A DNA stretch of 64,000 bases from Dimorphilus gyrociliatus (lineage: Eukaryota > Animalia > Annelida), in NCBI GenBank assembly GCA_904063045.1, contig CAJFCJ010000021.1:496001-560000 (forward strand). Direction: 5' to 3'. The stretch's first letter is position 1. Every line of letters begins with the position of its first letter. The notes beneath the pieces were generated by a model. The model saw nothing but the letters and a program-made list of their open reading frames with translations. It was not told the origin of the DNA and searched no databases. Shown piece by piece: positions 55,501 through 64,000 of this stretch. A program made the position numbers and the translations under genes.

Positions 55501-57737
55501 GCCTATTAAAGCAAGACGACGACGATTCATTAAACGTATCTTTCTTTTCCCTATTCGGAGTGATGAGAGAAGCTCTCGACGAACTATTTCATAGACTAAA
55601 AGTCGAAGAGAATGAATTTAGAGAACGGCAACATATTCAATTCAGCACAGAATATAATAGCATGATGAAAATGCTTGAAGATAAGCTGCACGAATTAGGG
55701 TAAAGATTTTTTTTATGGATATTACTTAAGCCCATTCCCTTTATTAAGATAATCTTTATTTGAAGCAAATTTATTAACATTCCTTTCTGTAAAAGTTTGC
55801 TTACTGGGCCATTTTTTACAAATAGGCAATAAACTATAAATAGTATATCGTAAAAATATATATATGTATATATATATATAGATATTTCTATATTTGATAT
55901 ATGCAATCCATTATAATATTATCAATTATGTAATAATTAATTACTTTTCCAACAGCAAAAAGAGACCTTCACCAAATACACCAATAAAATCGGTAAGTTT
56001 TCATGATTTGGTCTTTCTCACTTGTATTCTATACAACCACTCTCTTTTCCATGAATATATCTTCCTATTTTCTATCTTTTCCTCTTTCTCTTTCTCTCTC
56101 TCTCTCTCTCTCTCCGTCTCATTTTTCTTTCTCGCCGTTTCCTTCTCCCCATTTATCATTTTAAAATATTCTCTCTCTCTCTCTCTCCCTCGCTCTTTTC
56201 TTTATTTCTCTTTATCTTTGCGTGCCTTTTTTTCCAACTTTTATCTTGTATATTTTGCTTTTCTTCTATTTACTATTTATAGATCATTTACTTATTAAAT
56301 TAGCATAATTAATTCAAAGTAATATTGATAAATTGGAGTAAATTCTTTGCAAAATGTAGTTTATTTTTCTATATAATTCTAGGTAGTTTTAAAATCGAAA
56401 ATAGTAGAATGATTAATGAAGGAAAATAAGCGAAAATAAAGAAAAAATGCATCAAGTACAAGCAATTATAATGTGTATTTGTGCGTAGATCTCTCTTTCC
56501 CCTCTATGAAGAAAAGAAACGAAACTAAAGGAAAAGAGAAAGGGAAGAAGAGAGTAGGATAGATAGATAGATTGATAGAAAGCTAGTTTAAAATACAGAT
56601 AGGATTAAAATGAATAGATATCTATTCCTAGAAATAGCCGTATTTCTATGCATAGAACGTAGGAGTTTGTGTAGCTGTATATTTATTAAACAGCTTTGAA
56701 GATGTATTTTCTAAATTCTAAGAAGATGCATTTGTATAAAGTTATATACTGCTTTTAGGGAAAGTATCAAACTGGAGTTATTCTACTGTATACTGTATAT
56801 ATATGTGCTGTATATATTCTATTGACTAGACAATACTTTAAATTCTTTTTAATGATAGCTAAAGAACAAAGAAAGTAGATTTGTTCCTGTTCCATGTAAA
56901 AAAAATTATCAACATTCGGACACCTTCCCACTTCGCCCACATCCCGTTGACAGCTATGTTACAATAAGCGTAAGCGCATACCCATTCCTTTTTTTCTGTC
57001 CCTTGTCCATGATAGTGTTGTAATGTCTATCCTTTTATATATATATATTTCTATTTATCTTACGAAACTTATAGTAATTACTATTACAATTAGCGTTGTT
57101 AATGCATTTTCTTACTTTCATCATTAAATCACGCATGCGCACTATATTAAAAAAATAATAAAGAATAAAAAAAAAGCTCGTTAGTGTAGTAATTAATTAG
57201 TATTTATTTGTAGTACGATCAGTAGAGAAGCGTGTTGTAGTTTACCGCTTATTTTTGCACTTGGATATTTTGAAAGGCACATAATTACAACCTGTTTGTC
57301 ACGTTTTCATAGATTAATATATTGGGATTTGAAATGTACCCATATCGATAGTTTCTTTATACTTTACGTTAATTATTATTCCATACTAATTCATAATTTC
57401 TTCCTATCTAGCCTATAGCCGCTTTGCCAGTAATGAGACAAGGTAGAAGAGGTAATCAAATAACATCCTTTTTATCTTTATTAATATTATTAAAAGCCTT
57501 ATACTTATATTTAATGGAAAATATGAAAGTGTTTATTATTAAAAATAATAATAATAATAATAGTAACGTGTAAGTGGATATTTTAAAATACTCTCTACTG
57601 TATTTATAGAACAAAAGCCCATTCCTGTGAGAAATAGTGACGAAGCTCCTCCTACACTACCTCCAAGACCACCTCCCAGAGAGAGTATGGCACCGCCGAT
57701 TCCTCCAAGGGCATCGTCAATGGCTCAAAATCAGTAA
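46516..57737 (+). CDS. Divergent dedicator-of-cytokinesis Rac GEF of the SH3-containing DOCK-A/B class, closest in motif to DOCK3/4 (sponge)
   Basis: SH3 exons (LLLGDKIKV...GWCLGY...GIFPENMI). DHR1/C2 (LRNDLYIRLEEGKFYKGEKKSQRNVEV...YYHSNNPKWNE). DHR2 exon ~54478-55699 with LNGTLMANVNGGPLRY. Pro-rich end PPTLPPRPPPRESMAPPIPPR, stop 57737. Some 3' exon joins (56.8-57.4 kb) are unresolved. Confidence 0.88.
56085..56190. repeat. (CT)n-rich polypyrimidine tract in a DOCK intron
   Basis: Two ctctctctct runs within a pyrimidine-rich stretch. Confidence 0.8.
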
Positions 57738-59530
57738 AAATAACTACCCGCTTTTTTTTTGTATCGAACATCACCGTTAGACTGTTGATACCTGTTCTGT
57801 TCTTTTAAATTCCTTGTTATTATATGTCGCAAAAGAACTCTATGTTACTGACAAAATTTTCTAAATAAAACAGTATTATAGCGCGCTTTATCTAATTTTA
57901 AATAGAGGTGATAAAGAAGAAATAGAGATAGATTACAGAGCAATTTTTTCATTCAAGAGATTCGAGATCATGTTTATTTCTTTCATCAAATTATCCTGGG
58001 AACAATCAATCAGACAGACACCACACAAAAATAAATGTGAAAACATGATACATATATTTTAATTCGAAAACTCTTAAGCATACTTTTTCGGTTGCGTAGC
58101 ACGAACTTTCATTTTTTCCTGGATAAGGGATTCTTTTTTATCTTTACAAGCTTTAAAAGTTTTTTTGTGTTTCATTAGATAAAAAAAAGAAATGAAGAAG
58201 TTTATTATAATTAATTCTTTTTGTGTTTTTTTTTTCCATTTTTCCATATTCAGAAGAAAAAAATGAAGCTGAAAAAATTCTGTTTTCGTACGATCAGTAG
58301 CGAACCAGGGATATTGTTGTATTGCCACGATTTCATCACTTTTATCCTGCTAAATTTTTTTAAATTTTTTTTTTGCAAGAAATAAAATTTTTGCGTGATT
58401 TTTAAAACAGTTTTCCTCTTTTTAATTGTTTATTTTTTCCTTTTTTTCGAAGGCAAGTAGCCATAATTTTCATTCCTTTTGTTAGTTTGTTTCTTTGTTC
58501 TCAATCTTTTTCACATATTTTTATGAAAATTACGCCTTTTTTCTTCAAAAAAAACAAAAAATCTAACATGAACAAAACTTCGCGTCTACGCCCTCATATA
58601 TTTTATCTTTTTCAGCCATTTTTTTTTTTAATTTTCAACGAAATAAGATTTTCATTAATATTCTCTTTCATCGCCTATACCTTCGCCCTTTATGCAAGCT
58701 TTGGGTTCTTTCCACAACAGCGTACTTGATCAATTATGCTTGTTGTTTTCACGATATCATGGGCCCTTCGCTCCTGAACCGTGTACCCATTTCTTCTTTT
58801 TTTTGTTTCTTATATTCATTATCTTTTAAGTTTAACCTAATCGATTAATTTTATGCTTATTGGCGAATTTTTTAACGACTAAAATAATATTGTTTCAATG
58901 GTATAGAGATCAATACAAAAGATGCATTACCTTAGCCGAGATCTTTTCTGGTGGAAGGGACCAATTTGGTGGTGAAGGAGAAATAAAAACGTTCATATTC
59001 TCTGTAAGAGAAAGCTCTGCTTGGCAAAGCGTCTGATGGCGGCCATTTTGCTATTATAAGCGTCCCGAGAACGATATTTCTATCCTCTTAACTCCACCAC
59101 CATATACGCAATGATCCCTCCGTTTACCGAATAAACGGTACCTGAAACATATAAGGTTGCATTAGATAAAGAAAATTTGCTTAATTAATCAAATTTCATC
59201 ATTAATATAAAGAATATTTACCAGACTAACGGCTACGTGATTGAGAAACGACTACTTCAATCGCTCTGAAGCTTTAACCAATCACCGTTTAGTTTACACC
59301 TTTTTATCATATCCGATTGTTCATTGGTTAGTTGCAAAATGATGTGGAATATATTTTTTACTGTGTATTATATGATATACGATAGGTTTTTATAATAAAA
59401 TATTATAATAATAAACTTTCAAAGTTATGAAAGGGATAATGTTAGTAAAAAAAAAATCCTATGATCTAAAGTTTCTTCGTATCTTCGTATAAAAAAAGAA
59501 ATTACACACAGACAAGAACATTATCAATGC

Positions 59531-62274
<2,744 letters not shown>

Positions 62275-62293
62275 CTTAGCGTCGTTCAGTCAA

Positions 62294-62319
62294 TTTGGCG
62301 CGTAAAACGATCACGTGAC
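62294..62319. promoter_or_regulatory. MCM5 proximal promoter: E2F site TTTGGCGC (62294-62301) plus E-box GATCACGTGAC (62309-62319)
   Basis: Exact match to the E2F consensus TTTSSCGC 20 bp upstream of the MCM5 ATG; MCM genes are established E2F targets. Confidence 0.6.
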
Positions 62320-62590
62320 TCGTAGCGAATGATAACTTTAGAATAGGCCCGCGGAAATTTAAAAATATGTTATAAAAACGGTCCTTCTTATTTTGTATAT
62401 ATTTCAGAAAGATAGAATAACAAATTGACTATTATAATTTATTGCAAACAATCAGATGAATATAACAAGAAAATATACGAGATATTTCAACAATATTCAT
62501 CACAGACTTACTTTCGGGGACGGAATTCGCTCAAAAAATTCAACTACAAAATATAAACAAAATAGTAACGTTCTAAAAGATCATTTTTCA

Positions 62591-64000
62591 TTAGAATAAA
62601 CCAACGTATTCGGTTTTCTCTTGTTTAAAATTAAATTCCTTTACTTTAAGGTTTACACTTTCTAAATATTCATCAATAAATCCGTCGATATCTGGCCGAT
62701 AGTTGCTTCTTTCACCACTCATAGAAACGTATTGCGATCCGTTATAAAACCATCCATCGGGTAATGGTTCTTTTGATTTTTGGGATTGAATCTTTTCAAT
62801 TTCAGTTGCGGATAGAGAATCTCTTTTCTTTAGATCCCTCAGAAGGGGTTTCTTAGACTTATTTGTCTTTTCCAACCATTCTTTCAAGAACTTTAACTGC
62901 ACATCTCCAACTGTTAAGAATATTAGATATGAAGATCCTTTTCTATTCTGTTTGATGGAATTAAAATATCCTCCGGAAGGACAAACTTCAATTTCATTTA
63001 ATTCACCGGAAGCTAATAAATAAATAAGAGCGAAAATAAAATATCAACAATATATCTTATTCTGTTTTGGAAAAGTGAAAAAAAAAGATAATAATATCTT
63101 TTCTCACCAGAAAATCTAACAAAGCCGTAAATGTACACTATTTTCTGTAAATCGGATATCTTAGTTTGAGATAGAGCTGTTTGGGGACAATAATAAGGAA
63201 AAGGATTAAGACTAATGATTGTGGCAAAATATATAAGAAGATTCTGACCAATAAATCCATTATAGAATAATCTTTCGTCAAAACATCCTTTATTAGATAT
63301 ATTGACTAATTTCTCAGAAAATCCGAGTAGAGATGTTCGATAAGTTTGATAAAAACGGATAAAATGATCTATTTCTTCACCATTTCCCACAGTGAAAACA
63401 GTATCAACGAATTTGTTACCGCTAACAATACCTTCAGGTCCAGTCATAAAGACAGCGTTAGCATTCATTGCTCTTATCATCTTTTGTATTTCCAAGTTTT
63501 TATCTAATGCGTATGAAGATGGTGTTGTCCATATAATTGTTGTTGAAAGTCGAATATTATTTTGTAAATTCGGAGATAATTCCTTTGTTTCTTTATTTGG
63601 AAAAACCGTTGAAGCATTGACGCAAGTGGTAATCGATCCTAAAAATTGTTTAAATTATGTAAATTTACAAACAAAACAAAATAAACAGTAATAAATTAAT
63701 GCATTTTACCAATTTGAATATTTTCGTTCTTTAATTTATTAATAATCTGTAAGAGATTAGCGTTAATTGGAAGGGCTAGTATAGAATTTCCTTTTATGCT
63801 TGTATATTTTTGATAAATTTTATCGTAATTAGTTTGCTCTGGACACCAAAGTTGCTCATCAGCTATCAAAGCTACATCTCTGAAAAAAAAACATTTGTAA
63901 ATTAAATTTATCAGAAAACATAGAAGGGTAGGGAAATTATTTAAAATTCTTAGTATAGGATACACTAATATTATTATATTGAGTATATATTTATCTATAT
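62591..64000 (-). CDS. DNAAF9: Dynein axonemal assembly factor 9 (C20orf194/Shulin), 3' partial
   Basis: The C-terminus EPLPDGWFYNGSQYVSMSGERSNYRPDIDGFIDEYLESVNLKVKEFN...EYVGLF* resembles the recalled DNAAF9 C-terminus (EPLPAGYFYNGTQFV...). The upstream exon GSITTCVN...IQKMIRAMNANAVF also fits. The gene runs off the window end. Confidence 0.85.

Noticed and set aside
55894-56298. 134-aa hydrophobic ORF suggesting a membrane protein
   Set aside because: Apart from a 37-nt real DOCK exon, it is the translation of a CT-rich intronic tract.
57213-58300. Exact 13-mer gtacgatcagtag at 57213 and 58288
   Set aside because: Chance 13-mer repeats are expected in 64 kb, and the flanks share no further similarity.
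58294-58339. Minus-strand box C (GTGATGA) and box D (CTGA) suggesting a C/D snoRNA
   Set aside because: Only 46 nt from C to D, no terminal stem, and no recognisable rRNA/snRNA antisense element.
58965-59046. Possible selenoprotein or read-through ORF MAAIRRFAKQSFLLQRI-TGA
   Set aside because: The read-through product matches no known family, the TGA has no Cys/Sec-type context, and no SECIS was recognised.

Overview
AT-rich, gene-dense invertebrate (metazoan) genomic DNA with mostly ~55-80 bp GT-AG introns. The innexin gene and domain repertoire suggest a compact lophotrochozoan genome, possibly an annelid such as Dimorphilus (inference, not verified). Genes assembled by hand from splice sites, in order: a small SEA-like type-I membrane protein (+, 3157-4207, mostly missed by the ORF track); RCHY1/Pirh2 (-); clathrin heavy chain (+); giant Uninflatable-like receptor A (-, ~4000 aa, 6 introns); an innexin with an intronless CDS (-); giant Uninflatable-like receptor B (+, ~3700 aa, about 43 introns); a divergent SH3-DHR1-DHR2 DOCK GEF (+); MCM5 (-); and the 3' part of DNAAF9/C20orf194 (-). 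The main novelty is the head-to-head pair of ancient paralogous receptors around the innexin. Both carry PAN/apple and mucin WxxW domains inserted inside EGF modules, plus a membrane-proximal SEA domain with a G-S cleavage-type motif. They differ strongly in intron content and cytoplasmic tail. No tRNA, rRNA, CRISPR array or transposon ORF was recognised.
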